A DNA stretch of 64,000 nt from an uncultured Clostridia bacterium (GCA_934271255.1 CAKQQS010000002.1:112684-176683); one strand, 5' to 3'. Positions 6,758 to 16,029 are shown, counted from the first letter of the stretch. A program made the numbers and translations. Notes: generated by a model not told the origin, from the letters alone.

Positions 6758-8158
6758 TTATTCTTTTTTACCGTCTTTTGCACCCTTTTTCGCACCGACG
6801 TAACCGGAAAGCAACGTTCCGAGATCAATACCCGTGCTTTCTTTCATACCTTCTATTACCTGATTTGCTCCGTTCATAACGTCTTTGATGATTTTTGTTG
6901 AGTTGCCGTCGCCGTACATAACGATTTTGTTTGTTTTTGCAAGCGGTTCTGATGCGTTTTTAACGACTTCGGGTAATGCGTTAAGGTACATTTCGAGTAC
7001 AGACGCTTCGCCCATTTTCTTTTGCGCTTCCGCTTTCTTTTCAATCGCTTCCGCTTCCGCCAACCCTTTTGCTCTGATACCTTCCGCTTCTTGTTCCATA
7101 GCAAATCTTAACGCCGCGGCTTCCGCTTTTTTCGCTTCCGCCTGTTGCAAGGCTTCGTATTTTTTTGCTTCCGCTTCTTTCTGACGTTTGATTAAATCCG
7201 CTTCCGCTTGTTTTTCTGTTTGGTATTTCAACGCATCTGCTTGTTTTTTTATGTCCGCGTCGAGTTGGCGTTCTTTAATGGCGATTTCCTTGTCGGCAAG
7301 ATCCGCTTCTCTTTCGCGACGAGCGATGTCGGCGTTCGTTTTAGCAACTTCTATGACTTTACGTTGTTCTTGTTGTTGTATGGAGTAAGCCGCGTCGGCA
7401 GCCGCTTTTTTGGTGTCTGCCTTGACTTTCATGTCTGCTTGTTGAACGGCAAGCGCGGCGTTTTGTTCCGCTATCTTTTTTTCGGATTCTACTTTGACGG
7501 CGTTTGCTTCTTCCTGCGCCTTAGACGTTGCTATCGCGATATCTCTTTGGGCGTTCGCTTTTGCGATTTGCGCGTTTTTGCGGATTTGCTCTACGTTATC
7601 GATACCCATGTTCTCGATAGTGCCTGCGCCGTCTTTAAAGTTTTGTATGTTGAAATTGACGACTTCTATGCCTAATTTTTCCATATCCGGCACGACGTTT
7701 TCGGTAATTTTTTTAGCGACGCCCTGACGATCTTGTACCATTTCTTTAAGCCCGACCGAACCGACTATTTCACGCATGTTACCTTCGAGTACTTGTGTAA
7801 CCAAAGCGATGAGTTCGGGTTGACGCATTCCGAGCAACGCTTCGCTAGCGCGCGTTAAAAGTTCGGGATCCGACGAAACTTTTATATTTGCAACGCCGTC
7901 TACCGTTACGTTGATAAACTCGTTCGTCGGTACCGCTTCGGACGTTTTGACGTCTACTTGCATAACTCTTAACGAAAGTTTATCTACTCTTGTAAAGAAA
8001 GGTATACGCCACCCCGCTTTACCGATAAGTATTCTTTTTTTGCCCATACCCGTTATTATGTACGCTGTATCGGGCGGGGCTTTCATATAGCCCAGAACTA
8101 ATAAAATTGCTAACAAAACAACTGCTACGCATATAACTGCGATTGACCAAGTCGGCAT
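6758..8158 (-). CDS. Flotillin-like SPFH/Band-7 protein (FloT/YuaG-like)
   Basis: N-terminal TM segment, SPFH domain and a long Ala/Glu/Lys-rich coiled region (AEAKKAEAAALR...). Confidence 0.8.
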   Translation of the reverse strand: MPTWSIAVICVAVVLLAILLVLGYMKAPPDTAYIITGMGKKRILIGKAGWRIPFFTRVDKLSLRVMQVDVKTSEAVPTNEFINVTVDGVANIKVSSDPELLTRASEALLGMRQPELIALVTQVLEGNMREIVGSVGLKEMVQDRQGVAKKITENVVPDMEKLGIEVVNFNIQNFKDGAGTIENMGIDNVEQIRKNAQIAKANAQRDIAIATSKAQEEANAVKVESEKKIAEQNAALAVQQADMKVKADTKKAAADAAYSIQQQEQRKVIEVAKTNADIARREREADLADKEIAIKERQLDADIKKQADALKYQTEKQAEADLIKRQKEAEAKKYEALQQAEAKKAEAAALRFAMEQEAEGIRAKGLAEAEAIEKKAEAQKKMGEASVLEMYLNALPEVVKNASEPLAKTNKIVMYGDGNSTKIIKDVMNGANQVIEGMKESTGIDLGTLLSGYVGAKKGAKDGKKE

Positions 8159-8171
8159 AAGATTTTCTCCT

Positions 8172-8708
8172 TTATAATGATTTATTTTTTAAGTATTGTA
8201 GTGCTATTATCGTTTTTGAATCTTTAATTTCGCCGTTTTTCAGCATTTCGTACGCGACGTTTAAGTCGAGCCAAAAAGAGTTCAAAAACTCGTTGTCGTC
8301 CAGATGTACGCACCCTTTCGTGAAAGTATCTGCGTAGTACAGATATATTTTTTCGTTAGTGTAACCGGGCGTCGGGTAAATAGTGTAAACCAACCGAAAG
8401 TTTTCGGCGATTATTCCCGTTTCTTCTTCGAGTTCGCGCCGAGCCGTATTTTCGGGCGATTCGCCTTTGTCGATTTTTCCTGCGGGGATTTCGACGAGTT
8501 CTTCGCCGTAAGCGTATCGGAACTGTTTTACAAGCAGGATTTTGCCTTCGTTGACGGCGATTATGCCCGCTCCGCCCGAATGGGATACGATTTCTCGTTC
8601 ACTCGTTTCGCCGTTGGGTAATTTTACTTTGTCTTTTCTGAGTTTTACGACGTAACCGTCGAATATTTTTTCGCTTGAAAGCGTTTCTTCCGTTAAGTTG
8701 CTTTTCAT
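8172..8708 (-). CDS. NUDIX hydrolase, ADP-ribose pyrophosphatase-like
   Basis: Nudix box GKIDKGESPENTARRELEEETG. Confidence 0.8.
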   Translation of the reverse strand: MKSNLTEETLSSEKIFDGYVVKLRKDKVKLPNGETSEREIVSHSGGAGIIAVNEGKILLVKQFRYAYGEELVEIPAGKIDKGESPENTARRELEEETGIIAENFRLVYTIYPTPGYTNEKIYLYYADTFTKGCVHLDDNEFLNSFWLDLNVAYEMLKNGEIKDSKTIIALQYLKNKSL

Positions 8709-9496
8709 ATTATGTTCTCTTTTTCCATTATTGTCGTTACCTTAAATAAATTAAGGTTGTGTTTTCTGTTCGTGATAGCCATAAACTTATAGGAAACGTA
8801 AGCATATTTAACAAAATCTCGGTTATCGTTTTGCAAAGCGGTTATAAAATAGTCGATTACGATTAAAATCTCCCCTTTTCTTTTTTTGTCGATTGCGTCG
8901 TTGTCCAGAACGTTGTTTTTGTCTTCGTTAAGTAAACTCAATAAAGAGTTTAAAGCGGTTTTGTTTTCGATAACGTCGTTGATTTCAAAAGAGTTTTCTA
9001 TTTCGTTAAACTTTTCCGCTTGCAATTCTTCGGCGGGCGACAGATTTTTGCCGTCTAAAACTCTGGTTAAAATTGATTTTACCGCGTCGACGAACGGATA
9101 AATAAAGTTTTGCAAAAACGAGTTGTAACTTTCGTAAAAACTGCCGTCTTCGTAAAAATACGTTTGTAAAAAAGTCGGGAGATCTATCGATTTGTCGTCA
9201 AGACCGACAAGCGTCAAAAAAACGAACGCGATTACTTTGTTCCGGTCGTCGGGCAAAATGATTTCCTTGTGGGCGTCGTCTCCGAAATACGTTGCCGTCG
9301 TGTACGCTTTTTTCGCGTTGTTGTAGTCAAAATCTTTTAAGCATAATTGTAGCAATGCGCATATTTGCGAAGAAACCGCCATGGTTTTTAAAAACGACGA
9401 TATTTTTTTGTCCGCCAAAATATATTTACTCGATAAAAAATCGTCGGCAGACAGCATAAAGTTTTGCAATTCGGCTTGTAAACTCTGATTTATCAT
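8705..9496 (-). CDS. Hypothetical protein (263 aa, soluble, no recognised motif)
   Basis: Long ORF whose stop overlaps the start of the NUDIX gene by 4 nt. Confidence 0.5.
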   Translation of the reverse strand: MINQSLQAELQNFMLSADDFLSSKYILADKKISSFLKTMAVSSQICALLQLCLKDFDYNNAKKAYTTATYFGDDAHKEIILPDDRNKVIAFVFLTLVGLDDKSIDLPTFLQTYFYEDGSFYESYNSFLQNFIYPFVDAVKSILTRVLDGKNLSPAEELQAEKFNEIENSFEINDVIENKTALNSLLSLLNEDKNNVLDNDAIDKKRKGEILIVIDYFITALQNDNRDFVKYAYVSYKFMAITNRKHNLNLFKVTTIMEKENII

Positions 9497-9577
9497 TATT
9501 TTACTCCTATAAACAACTATATTGTATCACAAAATCTAAAAAAATAATAGTTTTTAACAAAAAAATCGTTATAAATC

Positions 9578-9606
9578 TTTACATAATCGAAAAATACATA
9601 TATAAT
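9578..9606 (+). promoter_or_regulatory. Sigma-A promoter of the DUF4364-like gene
   Basis: TTTACA (9578..9583), 17 nt, TATAAT (9601..9606). Confidence 0.6.
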
Positions 9607-9651
9607 ATTAGTGCCGAATTAAAAAACGGCAATAAACAAAAGGAAAAAACA

Positions 9652-10182
9652 ATGCAGCCCAGAACGGATAGCGCGATTAACAAATTAATATTACTTTTCG
9701 TATTTGATAAAATGGAAGTTGCCTTATCCGAGAACACGATTTTGGATATTTGCTGTTCGTCAAATAACTGGATTGCTTATATGGATTGTCAACCCCTGCT
9801 CGCCGATTTGATTGACAGCAGTTTTATCTATTCTGTAAGCGATAACAGTTATGAAGACAAAATGTACGCAATTACCCCCGACGGCAGAGTTTGTCTTGCA
9901 AGTTTTTTCAATAAAATTCCCGCAAGTATTCGGGAAGCCATTTCGTCTTTCGTAAAAACGAACCGCGCTAAATACAAACGTAAACAGGAATGTATAGCCG
10001 ATTACTATATGAATAAAGACGGAACTTATACGGTATACCTTAAAATCATCGAGCCCGCTCAACCTGTTTTGGAACTGAAAATCGTCGTTCCCAACCGCCA
10101 GACGGCAAAAGATATTTATAAAAAATGGGAAGAAAAATCTACGAATATATACTCTATGATATATGAAAATCTAGTCGATTAA
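9652..10182 (+). CDS. DUF4364-like protein (putative wHTH regulator family common in Clostridia)
   Basis: 176 aa. The N-terminus (INKLILLFVFDKMEVALSENTILDI...) resembles my recollection of DUF4364 proteins. AAGGA RBS upstream. Confidence 0.45.
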   Translation: MQPRTDSAINKLILLFVFDKMEVALSENTILDICCSSNNWIAYMDCQPLLADLIDSSFIYSVSDNSYEDKMYAITPDGRVCLASFFNKIPASIREAISSFVKTNRAKYKRKQECIADYYMNKDGTYTVYLKIIEPAQPVLELKIVVPNRQTAKDIYKKWEEKSTNIYSMIYENLVD

Positions 10183-10188
10183 AAGACC

Positions 10189-10220
10189 CCGCGTCGCAAT
10201 TTGCGACGCGGTAATTTTTT
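10189..10220 (+). terminator. Intrinsic terminator
   Basis: Stem CCGCGTCGCAA/TTGCGACGCGG followed by TAATTTTTTT. Confidence 0.8.
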
Positions 10221-11032
10221 TATAATTTGTTACAAAAATCTTCCAAAAAGTCCCCTTCAAACAATTCGATAAGCCCCTGATCGCATATTTTTGCAAAATC
10301 GGGATTGATGGGTATTTCTGCGTAGTTATCTATGCCGAACTTAGCGGCAACGTCTTTAATATTTTTGTCGCCGAAAATATTGTAGCGTTTTCCGTTGTCG
10401 GGACATTTGAAATACGCCATGTTTTCGATAATGCCGATAACGGGAATATTCATAAGTTTTGCCATATTTACCGCTTTTTCGACTATCATGGAAACGAGTT
10501 CTTGCGGTGAAGTCAAAATAATTATTCCGTCGAGTTTTATCGATTGAAATACCGTTAACGTAACGTCGCCCGTTCCCGGAGGCATGTCGACGAACATATA
10601 GTCTACGTCGTTCCATACGACGTCCGTCCAAAACTGTTTTACAGCCCCCGCGATAACCGGACCGCGCCATACAACCGGATCGGTATCGTTTTCCAAGAGA
10701 AGATTCATAGACATTACTTCTATGCCCGTTTTTGTCGTAACGGGATATATTCCGAGTTGGTCAGCCGTTGCTTTTTCGGTTAAACCAAACATTTTCGGTA
10801 CGGAAGGTCCCGTGATGTCGGCGTCGAGTATTGCCGTTTTGTTGCCGCGTCGTTGCATTATCGTAGCCAAAAGCCCCGTCGCCAAAGATTTGCCTACGCC
10901 CCCTTTTCCGCTGACGATTCCTATAACTTTTTTAATTTTGGATAATTCGTGCGGATTTTCAAAAGTAGGCGCGTTATTTTTTGAATTGCATTCCGTCGAG
11001 CAATTCGCGCAATCGTGATTACAATCAGTCAT
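10220..11032 (-). CDS. Mrp/NBP35-family Fe-S cluster carrier ATPase
   Basis: Deviant Walker A SGKGGVGKS. Cys-rich N-terminus CNHDCANCSTEC. Confidence 0.8.
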   Translation of the reverse strand: MTDCNHDCANCSTECNSKNNAPTFENPHELSKIKKVIGIVSGKGGVGKSLATGLLATIMQRRGNKTAILDADITGPSVPKMFGLTEKATADQLGIYPVTTKTGIEVMSMNLLLENDTDPVVWRGPVIAGAVKQFWTDVVWNDVDYMFVDMPPGTGDVTLTVFQSIKLDGIIILTSPQELVSMIVEKAVNMAKLMNIPVIGIIENMAYFKCPDNGKRYNIFGDKNIKDVAAKFGIDNYAEIPINPDFAKICDQGLIELFEGDFLEDFCNKL

Positions 11033-11099
11033 ATTGTTTCTCCTATGTAGTTTTTTGTGTTTTAAACTAAAACAAAACTCGATACAGTCGCATATTCGC

Positions 11100-11130
11100 G
11101 GTAAAAAACACAGGTTTAGCCTGTGTTTTA
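11100..11130 (-). terminator. Intrinsic terminator overlapping the ispA stop
   Basis: Stem AAAACACAGG/CCTGTGTTTT, with a U-run on the minus strand. Confidence 0.7.
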
Positions 11131-11949
11131 TTTGTATCTGTTTTTAATTTTGTTCGTTAAGTCTATAAAAAATTCATTGTTGACGATTTGTTTAAGCGAT
11201 TCCGTACAATTTTCGTATCGGAACTCAACTTGTTCGACGGTTTTATCTCGACCTATCGTTTTGACTATTCCGTCGTTATCCAGCAAATCGTCCGTTAATT
11301 GAAACAAGTGTCCCAAATTATCGGCAAACTTTTCGTACGCCGCTATATTCGTAGCGTTCGCCAACATCGCCGCGCAAACAACGGGCGCGGTAATAAGTTT
11401 TGAAGTCTTGTTTTCGTTGATATACGACATTGTTTCAAGCGTTTTCGTATAGTTTTCTGATTCTATATCGACAGCCTGACCCCCTATCATACCGCAAAAT
11501 CCCGCAACTTCGGATAAGTATGCGGCGGGTTTAACTAGCGAGCCGTCCGTAACGCATTCTTTTAACAATAATTCGTACGAAAGGTTGAGCAATGCGTCTC
11601 CGCAAAGCAAAGCCATCGCTTCGCCGTAAAGTTTGTGATTAGTCGGTTTGCCCCTTCTGAAATCGTCGTTGTCCATACATGGCAAATCGTCGTGTATAAG
11701 CGAATAATTATGAATCAGTTCTATCGAAAGCGCAAAACTCAAATATTTCGTATAGTCAATATTTAAAGAATCCAACGTTGCCAAAAATAAAATCGGGCGT
11801 ATTCTTTTACCGTCCGCCAAAAGCGAATACGAAATAGAACTTATCAAATTATTTGAAAGCGTTTTACCTTTTAGCGAATCGACGAAACTTTGTAAATAAC
11901 TTTCAAACGACCGCTTATAATTTGAATATTTTTCGTCGAAAAGGCTCAC
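11128..11949 (-). CDS. ispA: Polyprenyl (farnesyl/geranyl) diphosphate synthase
   Basis: FARM motif DDLPCMDNDDFRRGKPTNH and second Asp-rich motif FQLTDDLLD. Confidence 0.85.
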   Translation of the reverse strand: MSLFDEKYSNYKRSFESYLQSFVDSLKGKTLSNNLISSISYSLLADGKRIRPILFLATLDSLNIDYTKYLSFALSIELIHNYSLIHDDLPCMDNDDFRRGKPTNHKLYGEAMALLCGDALLNLSYELLLKECVTDGSLVKPAAYLSEVAGFCGMIGGQAVDIESENYTKTLETMSYINENKTSKLITAPVVCAAMLANATNIAAYEKFADNLGHLFQLTDDLLDNDGIVKTIGRDKTVEQVEFRYENCTESLKQIVNNEFFIDLTNKIKNRYK

Positions 11950-12785
11950 TTTCTTCTCCTTAACGAAAGTTCATAAGTGTTTTGCATAAGCATTGCGACA
12001 GTCATCGGTCCCACTCCTCCCGGGACGGGCGTGATGAACGACGCAACGTCGGATAGATTATCGAAATCCGTGTCGCCGACGAGCCCGTGTTCCGTTCTGT
12101 TTATGCCGACGTCTATTACGATTGCGTCTTTTTTTACCATATTTTTCGTAACGAACTTGGGTTTACCTACCGCTACGACCAAAATGTCGGCGTTTTTAGT
12201 ATATTCTTCGATGTTTTTAGTTTTGCTGTGGCAAGTGGTTACCGTACAGTTTTTGTTCAATAAAAGTAAAGCGATAGGTTTGCCGACGTTGTTGCTTCTG
12301 CCGACGACTACGGCGTTTTTGCCGTTGAAATCAACCCCCGTGCTTTCTATCAACCTTAAAACTCCTTTCGGAGTACAAGCGACGGCGCAAGGTTTTCCCG
12401 CCATCATTTTGCCCATATTTTCGTCCGAAAAACCGTCAACGTCTTTTGTAGGCGGAATCATCGAAATGATTTTTTCTTCGTTTAACCCTTTCGGGAGCGG
12501 AAGTTGTACCAAAATACCGTCGATATTATCGTCGTCGACGAGTTTTTGCACTTCCGTTTCGAGTTCGTTTTGCGAAACGGTTTCGGCAAGATTGACGTTT
12601 ATCGAGTTAATACCTATATATTCGCACGCCTTTATTTTGTTTCTTACGTATACTTCGGACGCGGGGTCGTTGCCGACTTTGATAACGGCAAGAGAAATCT
12701 TAAAATCCAACGCCGATATTTTTACTTTTAAATCGTCTTTTATGCTCTGAGCAACCGCTTTTCCGTCAATGATTTTTGCTGACAT
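11946..12785 (-). CDS. folD: Bifunctional methylenetetrahydrofolate dehydrogenase/cyclohydrolase
   Basis: Typical FolD sequence (SEVYVRNKIKACE, GILVQLPLP, PVPGGVGPMTVAML). Confidence 0.95.
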   Translation of the reverse strand: MSAKIIDGKAVAQSIKDDLKVKISALDFKISLAVIKVGNDPASEVYVRNKIKACEYIGINSINVNLAETVSQNELETEVQKLVDDDNIDGILVQLPLPKGLNEEKIISMIPPTKDVDGFSDENMGKMMAGKPCAVACTPKGVLRLIESTGVDFNGKNAVVVGRSNNVGKPIALLLLNKNCTVTTCHSKTKNIEEYTKNADILVVAVGKPKFVTKNMVKKDAIVIDVGINRTEHGLVGDTDFDNLSDVASFITPVPGGVGPMTVAMLMQNTYELSLRRRK

Positions 12786-13189
12786 TATTTTTTCTCCAAC
12801 AGTATTTTATATTCGGCAAGTATTCCGTTTACGAAAGAAAGACTTTTTTCGGTGGAATATTTTGAAACGAGCGAAACCGCTTCGTCAATAGACACAACGA
12901 GCGGTATATCGTCAAAATATTTCATTTCCGTCATTGCTATAAGCAAAGCGCATTTGTCCGTTTTGAAAAGCCTGTCAACGTGATAGTTAAACGCAAGGTC
13001 GGAAATGATTTTCATCGTTTCGTCGTAATGCGTCATTACGCTTTTCAGTAAAGTTTTCGCGAAAGCCGCGTCTTGTTCGTTGAGTTTTGCGTCGTTTATC
13101 ATATAAGCGATGAACTCTTTTTCTAGTCCATCGTTAAACATATCGGCAAAAAGCAATTTATATACGGTTTCTCTTGCATCTCTTCTCAT
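12785..13189 (-). CDS. nusB: Transcription antitermination factor NusB
   Basis: NusB-like helical protein upstream of folD. The start is set at the ATG at 13189, preceded by GAGGA. Confidence 0.8.
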   Translation of the reverse strand: MRRDARETVYKLLFADMFNDGLEKEFIAYMINDAKLNEQDAAFAKTLLKSVMTHYDETMKIISDLAFNYHVDRLFKTDKCALLIAMTEMKYFDDIPLVVSIDEAVSLVSKYSTEKSLSFVNGILAEYKILLEKK

Positions 13190-13204
13190 ATTAGTTCCTC
13201 GCAA

Positions 13205-13230
13205 AAAATGCCACAGTAACGTGGCATTTT
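13205..13230 (-). terminator. Terminator-like hairpin between asp23 and nusB
   Basis: Stem AAAATGCCAC/GTGGCATTTT. On the minus strand it is followed by UUUUUUGC and then the nusB RBS. Confidence 0.6.
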
Positions 13231-13231
13231 A

Positions 13232-13573
13232 TCAATTCTTTTGTTCGGTTATTTCTTCGTCCAAAACGACGTCGACGATGTTTACGTCGACTTTGCCGAT
13301 TTTGTATTCCGACATTGTTTCAACGTTTCTTTTGATATTTTCCTGGATTTTAAACGCTATATCCGTTACGCAATGTTCTTTGTTGATGATAACGTTAGCC
13401 TGAACGTCTACGCTGTCGGCTGTATGCGTGATTTTTATGGCGTCTCTCGAAGCGTGCAGGGAAACGTCTTCTATTTCCGAAATAGCCAAAACGACTATAT
13501 TTCTGACGATGCCCTTATTATACGTTATTTTACCTTCTTTCGCGCCTTGTTGGTTACGTGAAAAGTATGCCAT
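13232..13573 (-). CDS. Asp23/Gls24-family alkaline-shock protein
   Basis: 113 aa with the typical Asp23 N-terminus (ITYNKGIVRNIVVLAISEIEDV). It occupies the same position as B. subtilis yqhY. Confidence 0.75.
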   Translation of the reverse strand: MAYFSRNQQGAKEGKITYNKGIVRNIVVLAISEIEDVSLHASRDAIKITHTADSVDVQANVIINKEHCVTDIAFKIQENIKRNVETMSEYKIGKVDVNIVDVVLDEEITEQKN

Positions 13574-13650
13574 AAATCACCTCACAAAATACTACAAATA
13601 CAATGTTACTTATATAATAACATATTTTTTGCGTTTTGTGTAGTAATTTT

Positions 13651-14130
13651 TTAAGAAATTGATATTATTTTAACCTTTTCGGGCGATTTTGACATCTCTT
13701 CGTGAATTATCGTATAAATCGCTATCGATTCGTCTTCGCTTAAATTGTCGTCTTTGACTATTACGTTGACGTTTTCGCTGTCTACCCCTATCAAAACCAC
13801 AGCGTCTTCAAACCCGTACGATTTTATCAAAGATTCGAGCAACAATTCGTTTTCGGAGTTTTTCGCCAAAGTTTGTTTTAACTGTATGGCTTTACTTTTT
13901 TCGGCGTTGCTTGTTTGTTCGTTGGAAATGATTTCGTCTAATTGCAGCAACGTTTCGTTTCTCGACGACGCTCTTTCCGTTCTTCTTTGGCAAAAATAGT
14001 CGCCGTTAGTCGTAACCGATACTGTTGAGTTGTCCGTCAGATTGCCGGTAAAAACAAAGTTGCATACGGCGGTTGCGATAAGTAATACCATTAAAGTTGA
14101 AAGTAAAACGATTTTTTTCTTTTTGTTCAT
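13651..14130 (-). CDS. spoIIIAH: Stage III sporulation protein AH
   Basis: Last gene of the spoIIIA cluster. N-terminal TM segment plus extracytoplasmic domain. Confidence 0.75.
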   Translation of the reverse strand: MNKKKKIVLLSTLMVLLIATAVCNFVFTGNLTDNSTVSVTTNGDYFCQRRTERASSRNETLLQLDEIISNEQTSNAEKSKAIQLKQTLAKNSENELLLESLIKSYGFEDAVVLIGVDSENVNVIVKDDNLSEDESIAIYTIIHEEMSKSPEKVKIISIS

Positions 14131-14142
14131 AGTTTTTCTCCT

Positions 14143-14646
14143 TTATTTCATTGAAATGATTTCAATTTTATTTAAGTCAATTCCGGTAAGCGTAGTTATC
14201 GCGTTTTGAACGCGTTGCACCGTAATAATATTTTTCGCGCCTTCGCAAATTACCACTATACCGATTATTTTCGGGTAAACCTCTTTCAGAACCACAGGTT
14301 TACCGTTTACCATAATAGGCGTTTCTTTGGTTGTAACGGTGCCGAGCGTATCCGTTGCGGTCGTTATTTCTTTTGCGATAACGGACTCCTGACACCCGTC
14401 CACCGTCAGAATTACGCTGACTTTTCCAACTCCGTCGATTTTGGCGAGTTTGTTTTCAAGTTCTTTTTCCAGCGAGTCGACGTACCCGCTGTATGAAACG
14501 GCAACCGTCGTATCCGTACTTTCTTTCTTTTTAAAAATACTCAATAACGTTATCAAAACGAAAAATGCCGTCAATATAACGATAAAGATTTTAAACGGTG
14601 TTCCGCGTTTAATTTTTTCAATGTTTTCCTTAAGCTTTTCAAACAT
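14143..14646 (-). CDS. spoIIIAG: Stage III sporulation protein AG
   Basis: N-terminal TM segment and C-terminal ring-building-like domain (VSVILTVDG...IIGIVVICEGA). Confidence 0.8.
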   Translation of the reverse strand: MFEKLKENIEKIKRGTPFKIFIVILTAFFVLITLLSIFKKKESTDTTVAVSYSGYVDSLEKELENKLAKIDGVGKVSVILTVDGCQESVIAKEITTATDTLGTVTTKETPIMVNGKPVVLKEVYPKIIGIVVICEGAKNIITVQRVQNAITTLTGIDLNKIEIISMK

Positions 14647-14664
14647 AAGACACCTTGTACACTT

Positions 14665-14886
14665 TTAATATATGACTGAAAATCCGCGATATGCGTAATA
14701 TGAAAATATTTCCCCGATATTTTCCGCGTTTATAAGCATTTGAATAGGTTCTACCAAAATCGTCAACAACGCCAACGAAAATAAAACGTTAATCAAAACT
14801 CTCGTTTTTCCTTCGGGAGCCAAAGATTCTATTATCGATATGAAAGATACCGTGGTTATAACTTTTATCAACCATAATTTAAACAT
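14665..14886 (-). CDS. spoIIIAF: Stage III sporulation protein AF, short form (73 aa, membrane part only)
   Basis: Aligns by eye to the two-TM N-terminus of B. subtilis SpoIIIAF. There is no room for the soluble domain, since only 18 nt separate it from spoIIIAG. Confidence 0.65.
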   Translation of the reverse strand: MFKLWLIKVITTVSFISIIESLAPEGKTRVLINVLFSLALLTILVEPIQMLINAENIGEIFSYYAYRGFSVIY

Positions 14887-14887
14887 T

Positions 14888-15985
14888 TTACACCATAATA
14901 TTTGCCGATAAAACCATAATAAACAATAAAACGAATATCATCAATGCGAAACTTATCGTTACTGCTGTAAGATAATTTAAACTTTTACTCAACGAATCGA
15001 TAAAACCTAATAAACTTTTACCGCAAAACGATTCTAAAACGGCTGATAACAACTTTAAAAACAACTGCATGGATATTATAGCGAACAGCGGAGATATAAC
15101 TATCGAAAACGTAAGCAATATTCCCGCATAACCGACCGCGCTTTTAATTATTATCGCTCCCGCGAAAATCATATCTAAACTTCCGCCGACGAGATTTCCG
15201 ACGATCGGAACGCTTCCCGTAACGGTATATTTCAAGGCTTTGACCGACATTCCGTCGATTGTAGACGCAGTGATTCCCTGTACGGTCATAAGCAAACCGA
15301 ATATTGCGGAAAAAAGCCCTATCACCCATTTTGCCATACTTTGAAAAAACTCGGCAAACTTTTTAATTTTAATCTTATCGCTGAAATTACCTATTACCGA
15401 AAAAACAACCATAAAAGTAATGAGCGGCATAATAAAATACAAGTAAACGTTCGCAATCGTGTTCGTTAAAAATATAACCGTAGGTTGATAAATGCTTGCC
15501 GAAGTGTTCGCACCCGTAGAAATCAATAAAGCGCTCATTACGGGTGACATAATCTCTATTAAATTATTTAGGTTTTTCAAAGATTTTTCAACATTTATAA
15601 TAAGTGATTCGGTTATGCCTAATATCAACGTTATCGCGCTACAATAACACACCAGACACACCGTGTTTTTTATACCGGCCGAAAATGAAAACGCCCCTAA
15701 CGCTTCGATAATTGCGGTCAATATCGCGATAGCCGATATTATAGCGACGGCAGGTAAGAGTTGATAAAACTTATTTAAAAACACGGTTACGATATTTGAT
15801 AAAAGACTTTCGTAACTTATATGTAAATCGCCGTTTATTATTTTTTTGACAACGCTAAGAAAAGAAATATCGTTGAAAATAAACTGACCGTTAAACGATA
15901 ACACTTCGTTTAATTTATCGAAATCTATTTCGTTCAACTCTTTATCAATCGTGTCGCTCAATTCGTTCGAGTATGCTTTAATCAA
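14888..15985 (-). CDS. spoIIIAE: Stage III sporulation protein AE (polytopic membrane protein)
   Basis: Multi-TM protein similar to B. subtilis SpoIIIAE. The listed start is a TTG without an RBS. An in-frame, stop-free extension up to 16030 encodes a signal-anchor but has no canonical start (see findings). Confidence 0.8.
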   Translation of the reverse strand: MIKAYSNELSDTIDKELNEIDFDKLNEVLSFNGQFIFNDISFLSVVKKIINGDLHISYESLLSNIVTVFLNKFYQLLPAVAIISAIAILTAIIEALGAFSFSAGIKNTVCLVCYCSAITLILGITESLIINVEKSLKNLNNLIEIMSPVMSALLISTGANTSASIYQPTVIFLTNTIANVYLYFIMPLITFMVVFSVIGNFSDKIKIKKFAEFFQSMAKWVIGLFSAIFGLLMTVQGITASTIDGMSVKALKYTVTGSVPIVGNLVGGSLDMIFAGAIIIKSAVGYAGILLTFSIVISPLFAIISMQLFLKLLSAVLESFCGKSLLGFIDSLSKSLNYLTAVTISFALMIFVLLFIMVLSANIMV

Positions 15986-16029
15986 ATTGAAAATTACGCT
16001 AAGAACGGCAAATATGAAAAATATTACGA

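Noticed and set aside
6649-6828. The first 60 codons of ORF 5371..6828
   Set aside because: This part overlaps the 3' end of the flotillin gene and the flotillin terminator. A GGAGG-ATG at 6648 gives a cleaner start.
7020-7260. Recurring GCTTCCGCTT motif (at least 5 copies), looking like a tandem DNA repeat
   Set aside because: It is the antisense of the codons for the EA/KAEA-rich coiled region of flotillin. This is coding low complexity, not a structural repeat or an array.
11977-12750. 257-aa ORF on the plus strand, plus similar long antisense ORFs at 3664..4032, 7208..7675, 39728..40396, 41260..41661, 42482..42868, 58389..58883 and 28806..29282
   Set aside because: Each lies entirely antisense to a confidently identified gene (folD, spoIIAB, flotillin, oadA-like, BCCP, oadB, antiporter, kinase). 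Their compositions are low-complexity or odd, they have no RBS, and they are typical shadow ORFs of biased codon usage.
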